From the NCBI RefSeq assembly GCF_000175255.2, contig NC_017262.1, positions 240,001 to 272,000 of the forward strand: a stretch of 32,000 nucleotides of DNA. Reading direction: 5' to 3'. The stretch's first letter is position 1. Each line of letters starts with the position of its first letter. A model generated the notes under the pieces. It saw only the letters and a list, made by a program, of their open reading frames with translations. It was not told the DNA's origin and searched no databases. The position numbers were made by a program, and so were the translations under genes. This document shows, piece by piece, positions 19,001-28,036 of the stretch. Source of the DNA: Zymomonas mobilis subsp. mobilis ATCC 10988 (GTDB taxonomy: Bacteria; Pseudomonadota; Alphaproteobacteria; Sphingomonadales; Sphingomonadaceae).

Positions 19001-19515
19001 TACATGCTTTGTTTGAACGCCTTCCTATGCTTCCCGTTGAAGAACGGGAAAAGGCTGGACTTCGCTGGCTCGAGACTTCCGCTGGTGTCAAGGATGCCGC
19101 GTTACGGAATAGCCTAATAAAAGATGCCTGCGATGCGATGAGTAACCCTGTTTATCGCGATATCTTTTCCGAAAAAGCGTTGGCGGAAGCCCCAATTGCG
19201 GCCAAAGTCGGAGAACATGTTATTTCAGGAACGGTTGACCGTCTTTGGATAGATAGGAACAAGAAACGGGTTCATATCGTTGACTTCAAAACGGGCAGAC
19301 GGGTACCTGCAACCAAAGAACAGGTTAGCGAAGCCTATCAAAGGCAGTTAGCCGCCTATGTCGTTGCTTTAGAAAAGATTTTCCCCGATTATGCTATCGA
19401 GGCTTCTTTGCTTTATACGACGGCTCCAAAGTTGGTCTCCTTCGAGCAACCCTTCTTGCATGATTATTTTTCCCAAATGGACAAAGACGATATTCAGTCA
19501 GAGAATCAGATATAG
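16027..19515 (+). CDS. addA: Double-strand break repair helicase-nuclease AddA
   Basis: 1162 aa. UvrD-like SASAGTGKTHVLTARVLRLLL, ILVDEAQDTN, VGDFKQAIYGFQGTDP and MTVHGAKGLQAPVVILADA, with nuclease motif RLWIDRNKKRVHIVDFKTGRRVP. Confidence 0.96.
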   Translation: MAHPQRLMPLEAEQLQASDPKGNIWLSASAGTGKTHVLTARVLRLLLNRAAPESILCLTFTKAGAAEMSERINQRLAKWVIQLNDDELREELQALGARYDRDTLALARTLFARVLDATGGLRIQTIHSFCQSLLTAFPVEAGLIPGFQLIEGREEATEAKKTLTRILDHQTPPYHIKDDDIALLAEKLGEQGAEDYIYQCRFHAFAFNNLGVAIESRVKRALDLPFSDINQALEEACDDDHFDFALLRQIAEANEKWDTATAHKNLAIIQDFVAASPADRLASLGDFQSLVLTQKGELKKAPTGITKKIAPEYEEWMIALSKAIHQIISLKKRHEFSQFAIAALRTGQAYSQAWQQTKKESGLVDFNDMIETSVALLRTPGIGEWVRYKLDRTTDHILVDEAQDTNIFQWAIISALAEDFFSGESAKSVEASRSIFAVGDFKQAIYGFQGTDPQAFVDARDYFNDKSQGSGREILDLSLNRSFRSTPPILAIVDQMLADIESSCGGIGISQQALQPHQSARSDLGGSVVLWQPISDYQEEGENTSEETDADDEEQLENGELELAIRLARQIETWLNPKTPLYLPALGRNAAPRDILILVRNRGRLASLIVGCLHAQKIPVAGLDRLTLTAPLAVSDLLSAIRFVLQPDDDLTLACLLVSPLIGWDQERLYRLAAKRAKKESLFDRLRKSEAEKETWDIIREWLSKADFITPYRFLEMLLSGKGEGRRKLLERLGEEARDPINELLNAALLLESETTPSFQRFLDWFDSGDVEIKRDPSVRQNTVRIMTVHGAKGLQAPVVILADATRDPHQSNGFRKEIITWPLDEANAPIPMPSNDDIAYLPSDFGDIINEKKAKDLQEHWRLLYVAATRAEEYLVITGHLGSRAKNIPPKDSWYACATRAITAIGIAWQEDAMWQQKAVYHWEGRKKVTDIPKKQPIFPKEAMPSWINNEIPEEPKPAYPLRPSDLVKDNTSNPPPDGGSITAAKRGTLLHALFERLPMLPVEEREKAGLRWLETSAGVKDAALRNSLIKDACDAMSNPVYRDIFSEKALAEAPIAAKVGEHVISGTVDRLWIDRNKKRVHIVDFKTGRRVPATKEQVSEAYQRQLAAYVVALEKIFPDYAIEASLLYTTAPKLVSFEQPFLHDYFSQMDKDDIQSENQI

Positions 19516-19599
19516 TGATCGGATTTTCGTCATTGCATGAAATGGTATTTCTATTAGATCATACTATATAAATTCATATCCCCGTCAGGAGCGATTATA

Positions 19600-19920
19600 A
19601 TGAGCGTTATCAACGTTACCGATGCCAGTTTTGAAGCCGATGTTTTAAAATCACCGGTGCCTGTTGTTGTTGATTTCTGGGCAGAATGGTGCGGGCCTTG
19701 CCGTCAGATTGCACCTGCTTTGGGTGAAATCGCCAGCGAGCTTGAAGGTAAAATGACTTTGGCTAAAGTTGAAGTCGATAACAATATCGAAACCGCTAGC
19801 CGTTTTGGCATTCGCAATATCCCGACCCTGCTGCTTTTCAAAAATGGCGAAATCGTGGCTACCCGCACTGGTGGCGCGCCAAAAAGCCAGCTGAAATCAT
19901 GGATTGAAAGTTCACTTTAA
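19600..19920 (+). CDS. trxA: Thioredoxin
   Basis: 106 aa with VVVDFWAEWCGPCRQIAPALGEIA and FGIRNIPTLLLFKNGE. Confidence 0.97.
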   Translation: MSVINVTDASFEADVLKSPVPVVVDFWAEWCGPCRQIAPALGEIASELEGKMTLAKVEVDNNIETASRFGIRNIPTLLLFKNGEIVATRTGGAPKSQLKSWIESSL

Positions 19921-20021
19921 ACGTCTTTATCATAAGGGGGATGATGTCTTATAGACATTCTATCCCGAGAAGATGTCTGAAGTCGGAAATTCTCTTTTAA
20001 AAAGGACTGATCGTCCCCCTT

Positions 20022-22310
20022 ATGACCCGTTCATCGAAGCAAAAAAACAATAGTGATCTGCCCACATCCAAGCAGATCCTCGAATTTATTTCATCATCTT
20101 CTCAACCCGTTGGCAAACGGGAAGTCGCGCGCCATTTCGGTCTGAAAGGGCAAAGTAAAATTGCCTTGAAGGCTTTGCTGAAAGATATGGCGGATGAAGG
20201 TCTTATCGATTCTTCACCAGGGCGCGCTTTCCATCTGATGGGTGGATTACCCAAGGTAACTATTCTAAAAGTCATTGATAGCGATGGTGCAGGTTCCGTT
20301 CTTGCACAGCCCGAAAAATGGCAGGCCGACCATTTATCTATCCCCAAAGTCAAAATCATTGAAAAGAAAAAGAAAGCTGGCTTGTCCGAAGGGGACAGGG
20401 TTCTAGTTAAAACCGAGCAGGTTGATGGTGAATGGCATGCTTTTGTTTTAAGAAAACTCATTCCTGCAGAAAGTGGCGTTCTTGGAATCTTATGCCTTGA
20501 AGGCGACAAACTCTGGCTGAAACCCGTTGATAAGAAAGTCAAAAAATCATGGCCGGTTTCTGATGCCGGTAATGCAGAATTGGGTGAATTAGTTCTGGAT
20601 GAAAAGGCAGGGCGACCACCTCGGGTCACCGCAAGAATTACTCAAAGGTTAGGCGATCCTTTCCAGCCTAAAAGTTTTAGCCTGATTGCCATTCACAAAT
20701 ATAATATTCCTGATCATTTCTCTCATGAAGTTTTAGAAGAAGCTGAAACAGTTGCCGATCTTGATCTTGGTAACCGTGAAGATTTAACTCATTTGCCGAT
20801 TATTGCGATTGATCCTGCCGATGCCAGAGATCATGATGACGCGGTTTGGGCAGCTCCCGATGACAATCCTGATAATAAAGGCGGATATCAAGCTGTAGTA
20901 GCTATTGCCGATGTTTCTTTTTATGTTAGACCGGGAACAGCTCTTGATCGTGAAGCGCGTAAAAGAGGGAATAGTGTTTATTTCCCTGATCAGGTTATTC
21001 CTATGTTGCCGGAAAAATTGTCTGGCGATGTCTGTTCGTTAAAGGAAAATGTCGATCGGGCAGCACTTGCTTGCCATCTGACGATAGGCGCTGATGGTAA
21101 ATTGAAATCATGGCGGTTTACGCGCGCAAAAGTGCGGCTGGCTGCGAATATTGCCTATGAAGATGCTCAAGACGCTATTGATGGAAAACTAAAAAGCCCG
21201 TTAACCGAAACTGTTTTAAAGCCTTTATGGGCGTGCTGGGAAGTCTTGAATCATGCTCGTAAAAATAGGCAACCTTTAGGGTTGGATTTACCCGAAAGAC
21301 GGGTGGTTCTAGGCGAAAAAGGCGAAATTCTGTCAGTCGCAACACGCGAAAGGCTGGATGCCCATCAGCTAATCGAAGATTTCATGATTGCGGCCAATAT
21401 TGCGGCTGCTAAGGCTTTGGAAGCGAAAAAAGCGCCTGTAATGTATCGGGTTCATGAACCTCCCAGCCGTGAAAAACTGGTCGCATTAAGAGATTATCTT
21501 AAGACTTTCTCTATCGCTTTTGCCTTGGGGCAGGTGATTAAACCCCAAATTTTCAATCATCTGATTGAACGCTTGGAAGTTGATGAGGAATCCCGCGCCC
21601 GTATCATGGAGCAGATTTTACGGAGCCAGACGCAAGCCTATTATTCACCGGCGAATATGGGACATTTCGGACTTGCCTTGGGTAGTTATGCTCATTTTAC
21701 TAGTCCCATCAGGCGTTATGCCGATTTGCTGGTGCATCGCTCTTTAGTGGGTGCCTATCATCTGGAAAGCGGTAAGCCCAAACTCAAATCATCTCACAAT
21801 AATCACACTATTCCCGCGACAACTTCTTTACCGCCACAGGATGCGGAAAACATGTCAGTCATTGGCGAAAAGATTAGCCACGCCGAAAGACGGGCAATGG
21901 AAGCTGAACGAGAAACAATTGATCGTTATATTGCGGCGTATTTTTCACAATATATCGGTGAAATTATGCCCACCAGAATTACAGGCGTGCGGGAATTCGG
22001 CTTTTTTGCCACTGTTCCTGAATTAGGTGGGGATGGCTTGGTTCCGGTCTCAACTTTAGGGCATGAATATTTCCGTTATGATGAAGCCACTCAAAGCCTT
22101 GAAGGGCAGGATAGCGGTACCCGATATGAGATTGGTCAAAAAATAAATTTACGTCTGATGGAGGCGGATCCAATAGGCGGTTCCTTGCGCTTTGAATTGC
22201 CCGATGCGGAACCTGCGGTTAAAATGTCGCGCCGTGGGCGAGGGCGCAGCGGTATCGATCCCCGCTTGATAAAAAGGCGAGGGCGGCCAGCCAATATCCG
22301 TCACCGCTAG
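20022..22310 (+). CDS. rnr: Ribonuclease R
   Basis: 762 aa. RNB motif IIAIDPADARDHDDAVW, YADLLVHRSL and MGHFGLALGSYAHFTSPIRR, then a C-terminal S1-like domain and a basic tail. Confidence 0.96.
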   Translation: MTRSSKQKNNSDLPTSKQILEFISSSSQPVGKREVARHFGLKGQSKIALKALLKDMADEGLIDSSPGRAFHLMGGLPKVTILKVIDSDGAGSVLAQPEKWQADHLSIPKVKIIEKKKKAGLSEGDRVLVKTEQVDGEWHAFVLRKLIPAESGVLGILCLEGDKLWLKPVDKKVKKSWPVSDAGNAELGELVLDEKAGRPPRVTARITQRLGDPFQPKSFSLIAIHKYNIPDHFSHEVLEEAETVADLDLGNREDLTHLPIIAIDPADARDHDDAVWAAPDDNPDNKGGYQAVVAIADVSFYVRPGTALDREARKRGNSVYFPDQVIPMLPEKLSGDVCSLKENVDRAALACHLTIGADGKLKSWRFTRAKVRLAANIAYEDAQDAIDGKLKSPLTETVLKPLWACWEVLNHARKNRQPLGLDLPERRVVLGEKGEILSVATRERLDAHQLIEDFMIAANIAAAKALEAKKAPVMYRVHEPPSREKLVALRDYLKTFSIAFALGQVIKPQIFNHLIERLEVDEESRARIMEQILRSQTQAYYSPANMGHFGLALGSYAHFTSPIRRYADLLVHRSLVGAYHLESGKPKLKSSHNNHTIPATTSLPPQDAENMSVIGEKISHAERRAMEAERETIDRYIAAYFSQYIGEIMPTRITGVREFGFFATVPELGGDGLVPVSTLGHEYFRYDEATQSLEGQDSGTRYEIGQKINLRLMEADPIGGSLRFELPDAEPAVKMSRRGRGRSGIDPRLIKRRGRPANIRHR

Positions 22311-22325
22311 GCAATAATGTGAAGG

Positions 22326-22367
22326 AAATAGCATCCATATATAAAATAATATGGGTGCTATTTTTAT
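22326..22367 (+). terminator. Rho-independent terminator after rnr
   Basis: AAATAGCATCCAT (22326-22338) / ATGGGTGCTATTT (22351-22363), with one G-T wobble, followed by a T-rich tail. Confidence 0.85.
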
Positions 22368-22382
22368 AAGAAATTATTTATT

Positions 22383-22406
22383 ATCAGTGTATTACACTGA
22401 TTTTTT
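22383..22406 (+). terminator. Second tandem terminator downstream of rnr
   Basis: ATCAGTG (22383-22389), TATTA loop, CACTGAT (22395-22401), then TTTTT. Confidence 0.75.
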
Positions 22407-22662
22407 GATAAAAATAGTGAGCATTCAATTAAAAGAATAAAGACAGGATTCTACTTGATAGGTAGTTCGTTTTTCGGGGCTTTATATGAAGAACAGATAT
22501 AAAAATCTTACCCTGTTTATTGTTTATGACGGTGGCTATTGTCTACTGACGGTAAAAAGAGTCCGATAGAGAGCAGGGGCAATAAGGCAAATTCTTTTCT
22601 GATTATTCTTTCCATATTGTGATCATTTTTTAAGATCGATTTTTCTAAAAACCCAAAAGTGA

Positions 22663-22703
22663 CATTAAAAAGAAACGCTCTATCTCTATAGATAGAGCGC
22701 GCA
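22663..22703 (-). terminator. Rho-independent terminator on the minus strand for mazG
   Basis: CGCTCTCTATCT (22676-22687), CTAT loop, AGATAGAGCGCG (22692-22703) with one mismatch. On the minus strand it is followed by GTTTCTTTTTAATG. Confidence 0.75.
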
Positions 22704-22750
22704 AAAATTCCGTAAATACCAGAATATAATTAAATAAGATATTGTTATAT

Positions 22751-23572
22751 CTATTTGTTTTTATTAGATTTTTCGTAATTTATTGCTGCAATCCATAAAT
22801 TTTCTTTTTCGGATAAGGGTAGGGGCGTGATATCGCCACCGGCAATTTCTTCCATTATTTTAAAGCGATTTTCGAATTTTTCATTCGATTTTTTAAGGGC
22901 TTGTTCGGCGTCGATACCATGATGTCTTGCAAAAGTCGTAACCGTAAAGAGAACATCACCGATTTCCTCAATCAGATTTTCACGATCGGTAGCATTATCA
23001 ACTTCGGCTAATTCTTCATCAATTTTTGCTCTTGGGCCTGCCGTATCTGACCAATCAAAACCGGTTCTAGCAGCACGTTCTTGTATTTTTTTTGCACGCG
23101 TCAAAGCCGGTAAAGCCTTAGCAATACCCACTAAGGCACCAGAATCACTAGATTTCTTTTCCGAGCGTTCTTTAGCCTTAATCTTTTCCCAATTATCCTT
23201 GATACGGGTCGGATCGATATCCGTATCATGATCTTGGAAAACATGCGGATGACGGCGGATCATTTTTTCACAGATAGCGGTGACGACATCATCAAAAGTG
23301 AACAGATCTTTTTCTGCGGCCATCTGAGAATGAAAAACGACCTGAAGAAGCAAATCGCCCAATTCGTTTTTGAGCTCATGCATATCTTGTTGTTCGATCG
23401 CATCAACAACTTCGTAGGCTTCTTCAATGGCATAAGGGGCAATGCTTAGAAAATTTTGCGCAGCATCCCATTCACAACCTTTAACCGGATCACGTAAGCG
23501 CGCCATAATTTGACGCAGCGTATCAATGGAAGAAAAATCAGATTTTTCTGATTTTGAAGCGTCTTTATCCAT
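22751..23572 (-). CDS. mazG: Nucleoside triphosphate pyrophosphohydrolase MazG
   Basis: 273 aa. CEWDAAQNFLSIAPYAIEEAYEVVDAIEQQDMHELKNELGDLLLQVVFHSQMA, with a repeat of the same fold in the C-terminal half (AKIDEELAEVDNATDRENLIEEIGDVLFTVTTFARH). Confidence 0.96.
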   Translation of the reverse strand: MDKDASKSEKSDFSSIDTLRQIMARLRDPVKGCEWDAAQNFLSIAPYAIEEAYEVVDAIEQQDMHELKNELGDLLLQVVFHSQMAAEKDLFTFDDVVTAICEKMIRRHPHVFQDHDTDIDPTRIKDNWEKIKAKERSEKKSSDSGALVGIAKALPALTRAKKIQERAARTGFDWSDTAGPRAKIDEELAEVDNATDRENLIEEIGDVLFTVTTFARHHGIDAEQALKKSNEKFENRFKIMEEIAGGDITPLPLSEKENLWIAAINYEKSNKNK

Positions 23573-23875
23573 AGAAGTGGCCTCTTACTGTAAGTCTGAT
23601 AATATATATTATGTTAAATAAAATCGATTTCCGCCCCAAGACACCCCTTAAAATCAGTCTCTCTTAATAGAATACGGCTCTTGCCTATCTGATCGCATTT
23701 TATCAATGGAGTCTCTTCCCTTGATGGATGTCCGACATTTTTCTTTCTAAAATTCTTTCCATCAATTCCAGAAATAGAAATATCTTCATGACATGGACTT
23801 TTCTGCGAAAGGAGCCTCGTGCAATAAAAGGGCAGATTATAAAGTAGAACCGCCAAATCTTTTTGTCAGAAGGCC

Positions 23876-23903
23876 GGAAAAAGGAATGGGGGTTTTACCC
23901 CCC
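23876..23903 (-). terminator. Possible terminator at the 3' end of the minus-strand tatD/MBL operon
   Basis: GGGGGT (23888-23893) / ACCCCC (23897-23902) hairpin. On the minus strand it is followed by CATTCCTTTTTCC. The T tract is imperfect. Confidence 0.4.
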
Positions 23904-23923
23904 TACCCGATTATTGATTTTAT

Positions 23924-24688
23924 CTAGATTTCTGTTGTCCAGCCATCATATCCGACTTCCATATAATGCGGCAGTTTCTGCGATAAAGTCGCATAATCCA
24001 TCGAATTATCCATATGGCATGTCACCGCCTTTTTGACCTGTAGCTTTTCAGCCCATTCCAAAATCATGGCCAGATGAGGATGGGATGGATGTGGCCTTTC
24101 CCGCAAGGTATCGACAATCCAAAGGTCGACGCCTTGATATAATTTAGCCATTTCATCCGTGATGTTGTTGAAATCAGTCGCATATCCGACACGGATATTT
24201 TTATGCCTAAAGCAAAAACCGGCACTGGTTATCCTCGCATGAGGCTGATCCGTTACCGAAATTTCAACATCACCTATAGTCAGATTATCAGGCAAGACAT
24301 TGGCTTCAACAGTCGGGCGATAATCACCATATCCATCAAAGACATAAGAAAAACGCTGTTTCAAACCCGATAAGGTTTCAGGCCGAGCAAAACCCGGAAT
24401 AGGTTCTCCTCGCCGATGAAAGATAGGACGCAAATCATCGATACCATGGCAGTGATCGGCATGATCATGCGTCCATAAAACCGCATCAAGAATTGAAATA
24501 TCGGCTCTCAAAAGCTGTGTTCGCATATCGGGAGAGGTATCAACCAAAATTTTGGTCTGATCCGTTTCTAGATATAAAGAAGCTCTTGTCCTGTTATTTT
24601 TAGGCTCATTCGGGTCACATGTTCCCCAGTTATTCCCGATTATAGGCACACCAGATGATGTGCCCGAACCGAGAAGACGGAGTTTCAT
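23924..24688 (-). CDS. MBL-fold metallohydrolase (PhnP/RNase Z-like)
   Basis: 254 aa. LGSGTSSGVPIIG and THDHADHCHGIDDLRPI (HxHxDH motif). Overlaps the tatD-family stop by 4 nt. Confidence 0.9.
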   Translation of the reverse strand: MKLRLLGSGTSSGVPIIGNNWGTCDPNEPKNNRTRASLYLETDQTKILVDTSPDMRTQLLRADISILDAVLWTHDHADHCHGIDDLRPIFHRRGEPIPGFARPETLSGLKQRFSYVFDGYGDYRPTVEANVLPDNLTIGDVEISVTDQPHARITSAGFCFRHKNIRVGYATDFNNITDEMAKLYQGVDLWIVDTLRERPHPSHPHLAMILEWAEKLQVKKAVTCHMDNSMDYATLSQKLPHYMEVGYDGWTTEI

Positions 24689-25461
24689 AATTTCACCTTA
24701 TCAAATAATTTCAGGAAGTTACGGCTCGTCATATCTGTGAAGGCCTCATACTCCATGTCAAACATACGACTAAGGAAATGCGCCGTATCTGCGACAAAGG
24801 CGGGCTCTCCTTTTTTGCCACGATGCGGTACCGGAGCCAGAAATGGCGAATCCGTTTCAACCATCAAGTGATCCAAAGGCAAATCTTTCACCGTTTGGCG
24901 CAAATCTTCGGCATTTTTAAAGGTAATGATACCCGAAATAGAAATATAAAATCCCAGTTTCAGCATCCTTTCAGCCAAAGAACGACTTGCTGTAAAGCAA
25001 TGGATCAGCCCTTTAAACGGCGCTTTTGCCATTTCTTCTTCGATGATGCTGGCGGTGTCTTCTTCTGCGTCTCTTGTATGGACAATCAACGGCAAGCCCG
25101 TTTCGCGGGCAGCCATAATATGCTCACGGAAACTTGCTTTTTGTTGGTCAAAATCATTTTCGCCATAAAAATAATCCAACCCACTTTCACCGATCGCAAC
25201 AACCCGAGGATGGTCTGCTGCTTCGATCAATCTTTGGCTGGTCATATTTTCATGGGCAGCGGCTTCATTGGGATGAATACCAATGGCTGCCCAGACATCT
25301 TTTTCGCGTTCAGCGGTTGCGATAATCGGTTCCCATTCGGATTCCTTCGTCGCAACATTGACCATTCCGGTCACACCCGACTGCCGCGCGCGCTGTAAAA
25401 TCTCCGGCTGCTTTTCAAGCATACCAGGATAATTAAGATGACAATGGCTATCAATCAGCAT
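24685..25461 (-). CDS. TatD family metal-dependent hydrolase
   Basis: 258 aa. N-terminal MLIDSHCHLNYPG, AIGIHPNEA, AIGESGLDYFY, GLIHCFTASRSLAERML and LMVETDSPFLAPVPHRGKKGEPAFV. Confidence 0.95.
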   Translation of the reverse strand: MLIDSHCHLNYPGMLEKQPEILQRARQSGVTGMVNVATKESEWEPIIATAEREKDVWAAIGIHPNEAAAHENMTSQRLIEAADHPRVVAIGESGLDYFYGENDFDQQKASFREHIMAARETGLPLIVHTRDAEEDTASIIEEEMAKAPFKGLIHCFTASRSLAERMLKLGFYISISGIITFKNAEDLRQTVKDLPLDHLMVETDSPFLAPVPHRGKKGEPAFVADTAHFLSRMFDMEYEAFTDMTSRNFLKLFDKVKL

Positions 25462-27041
25462 CAGGCTTTATCCTTGGCTGCTTTTTCCGAATTATTTTTG
25501 TCATTCTCAACAAAACGTGGGAATACACCGACCGGTTTCGGGAGCGGTAACCCCGGAACTAATGGCGCAGATAAAGCACGGAAATCACGCTGATCAGCCC
25601 CCTGCCCTAATAAATCAAGCAAGGCATCACAGCTGGCAGGCATAGCCCAACGGCATAAAATAGCCAGCTGCCGTACCGCTTCAATTGTCCAATATAGAAT
25701 AGTATCGGCACGGACTGGGTCTGTTTTTCTGACCGTCCAAGGTGCCTGTTCCGAAATATAAAGATTGGCTTCACCAACTCCGCGCCAAATTGCATCCAAA
25801 GCCTGATTGGGGGCAACATTATTCATGGCCGTTGCGACCTGATGCGGAATACCCGCAATCTTTTCCATTAAAGCCTGATCTTCAGCGCGCGTATCTTCTG
25901 GGCTTGGCACTTTTGCGCCATTTTTGGTAATGATGGATAAAGAACGCTGTGCCAAATTACCGAAATCATTCGCTAGATCGGCATTAATTCGGTTTACAAT
26001 GGCTTCATGACTATAGCTGCCATCCTGACCAAAGGTTACTTCCCGCAGCAGAAAATAGCGAATTTGATCAACACCATAAAGCTTTGCCATGTCGATAGGA
26101 TCGACCACATTGCCGACCGATTTCGACATTTTTTCCCCTCTATTCAGGAGGAAACCATGTCCAAACACTTTTTTCGGTAAAGCAATATCGGCCGCCATCA
26201 GGAAAGCTGGCCAATAAACCGCGTGAAAACGGATAATATCCTTACCAATAACATGGATATCGGCTGGCCAGTAACGATCAAAACGTTCTTTGTTATCAGG
26301 ATAACCAGCACCCGTCAGATAGTTGGTTAAAGCATCAATCCAGACATACATGACATGTCCGGGAGAATCCGGAACAGGAATACCCCAATCAAAGCTGGTT
26401 CTGGAGATGGAAAGATCGGCTAAACCGGATTTAACGAAACTGATTACTTCATTCCGACGGGCTTCCGGCTGGATAAAATCAGGATGGGCTTCGTAATAGG
26501 CCAATAATTTGTCCTGAAAAGCGGACAGTCTGAAAAACCAGCTTTCTTCGACATTCCATTCAACAGGCGTCCCTTGCGGTGACAGTTTTTCGCCCTTGGA
26601 ATCGGTTACAAGCTCTTCTTCTTTATAAAAAGCCTCGTCACGGATAGAATACCAGCCTTCATAGCGTCCCAAATAGATATGACCCGCATCAGCCAAGGTC
26701 TTCCATAATGCCTGACTGGCTTTGTAATGTTCCGCTTCGGTAGTGCGAATAAAGCGGTCATAGGAGATATTGTAAACATCATCCATTGTCTTGAAATGGG
26801 AAGACATTTCATCTGCCAAGGCGATCGGTTCTATATCACGATTACGAGCTGTCTGTGCCATTTTGAGACCGTGTTCATCGGTTCCGGTCTGGAAATAGAC
26901 ATCATCCCCTGCCAAACGATGATAACGGGCAAGCGCATCCGATGCGATAGCTTCATAGGCATGGCCAATATGTGGCTTGCCGTTAGGATAACTGATAGCC
27001 GTCGTAATATAAAAAGATTGAGACATCTTAAACTTTACCAA
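25461..27041 (-). CDS. metG: Methionyl-tRNA synthetase
   Basis: 526 aa. HIGH-region AISYPNGKPHIGHAYEAIASDALARY, DVYFQTGTDEHG, and KMSKS at GFLLNRGEKMSKSVGNVVDP. Confidence 0.97.
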   Translation of the reverse strand: MVKFKMSQSFYITTAISYPNGKPHIGHAYEAIASDALARYHRLAGDDVYFQTGTDEHGLKMAQTARNRDIEPIALADEMSSHFKTMDDVYNISYDRFIRTTEAEHYKASQALWKTLADAGHIYLGRYEGWYSIRDEAFYKEEELVTDSKGEKLSPQGTPVEWNVEESWFFRLSAFQDKLLAYYEAHPDFIQPEARRNEVISFVKSGLADLSISRTSFDWGIPVPDSPGHVMYVWIDALTNYLTGAGYPDNKERFDRYWPADIHVIGKDIIRFHAVYWPAFLMAADIALPKKVFGHGFLLNRGEKMSKSVGNVVDPIDMAKLYGVDQIRYFLLREVTFGQDGSYSHEAIVNRINADLANDFGNLAQRSLSIITKNGAKVPSPEDTRAEDQALMEKIAGIPHQVATAMNNVAPNQALDAIWRGVGEANLYISEQAPWTVRKTDPVRADTILYWTIEAVRQLAILCRWAMPASCDALLDLLGQGADQRDFRALSAPLVPGLPLPKPVGVFPRFVENDKNNSEKAAKDKA

Positions 27042-27043
27042 AT

Positions 27044-28036
27044 CTATATGTGTGTTGGGGCTAATCTGGCAAGAAATCCGGCCAGAGTGAAGACGGTTGC
27101 CTGTGGATCAAGAGAAAATAACACAGCTTCATTGCCAAGCTGGCGGGCTTTTTCCCATAAATGAATAGCTTGTGCCAGTTTTTCTCCTTTCAAAGAACGG
27201 GCTTCGGCTGAAATTCGCGAGGGTGCTCGCTCCAGAAAAGCCTCGTAGCGGCCTTGTGCCGACTTTAGAGACAGACTTTGTGCCAGCTTGCTCCGCAATA
27301 GGAAATCCCTATCGCCTGTTTTGACAATATTTTCTATGGCATTATCCAGTTCAGCCATATCCAGACCGGCAAATCTTAAACCATATCCCGCTGCCCCTTG
27401 ACTAATTTTGACCAAACTAGCCAATTCTTCTGCCGTAATGTCAGGAAGATGATGTCTTAAAATCTGTGCAACAAGGTTATCCTCTAATAGATGAAAGGAT
27501 AAAATGCGACATCGCGACCGGATAGTAGGCAAAAGACGGCCTGCCGCATGGCTAATCAGAAAAAATATCGTGCCGGCAGGGGGCTCTTCAAGATTTTTCA
27601 ATAGGGCGTTGGCCGCCGACCTTTCGAGATCATCAATGGAATCAATAATAACAACACGCCGGAAGGATAAGGCAGGTGTTGTTGCAAACAGTTTTTGAAT
27701 AGTTCTGACTTGATCAACCGTGATATTACGAGCGCGTTCCTGTTCTTTGCTGTCCCGAAATAGTCTTTCCAGTCGCAACAAATCAGGATGACTACCCGCC
27801 TTTATCAAAGACAAGGTCGGGTTACCTTCCGGTATATCCAAAGAATCCGAAGCTGTATTCTTTCGGATATCTGGATTAACCGCATTAGCTAACAGCCACG
27901 CCGCCGCCCTGTCTGCAAAAAGCCGTTTTCCGAGACCCTTTGCCCCCGTTAAAAGCCAAGCATGATGCAGTCGTCCACTATCTTCTGCATGACGAAAAGC
28001 CTTTATTGCCGTATCGTGACCTAATAATTGAGACAT
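27044..28036 (-). CDS. holB: DNA polymerase III delta-prime subunit
   Basis: 330 aa. HHAWLLTGAKGLGKRLFADRAAAWLL, ITVDQVRTIQKLFATTPALSFRRVVIIDSIDDLERSAANALLKNLEEPP and TIRSRCR. It sits directly downstream of tmk. Confidence 0.93.
   Translation of the reverse strand: MSQLLGHDTAIKAFRHAEDSGRLHHAWLLTGAKGLGKRLFADRAAAWLLANAVNPDIRKNTASDSLDIPEGNPTLSLIKAGSHPDLLRLERLFRDSKEQERARNITVDQVRTIQKLFATTPALSFRRVVIIDSIDDLERSAANALLKNLEEPPAGTIFFLISHAAGRLLPTIRSRCRILSFHLLEDNLVAQILRHHLPDITAEELASLVKISQGAAGYGLRFAGLDMAELDNAIENIVKTGDRDFLLRSKLAQSLSLKSAQGRYEAFLERAPSRISAEARSLKGEKLAQAIHLWEKARQLGNEAVLFSLDPQATVFTLAGFLARLAPTHI

Noticed and set aside
20102-20629. 175-aa minus-strand ORF inside rnr
   Set aside because: Low-complexity Ser/Pro-rich antisense shadow ORF with no supporting signals.
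24778-25398. 206-aa plus-strand ORF antisense to the tatD-family gene
   Set aside because: It mirrors TatD-family coding sequence and has no plausible domain or promoter.
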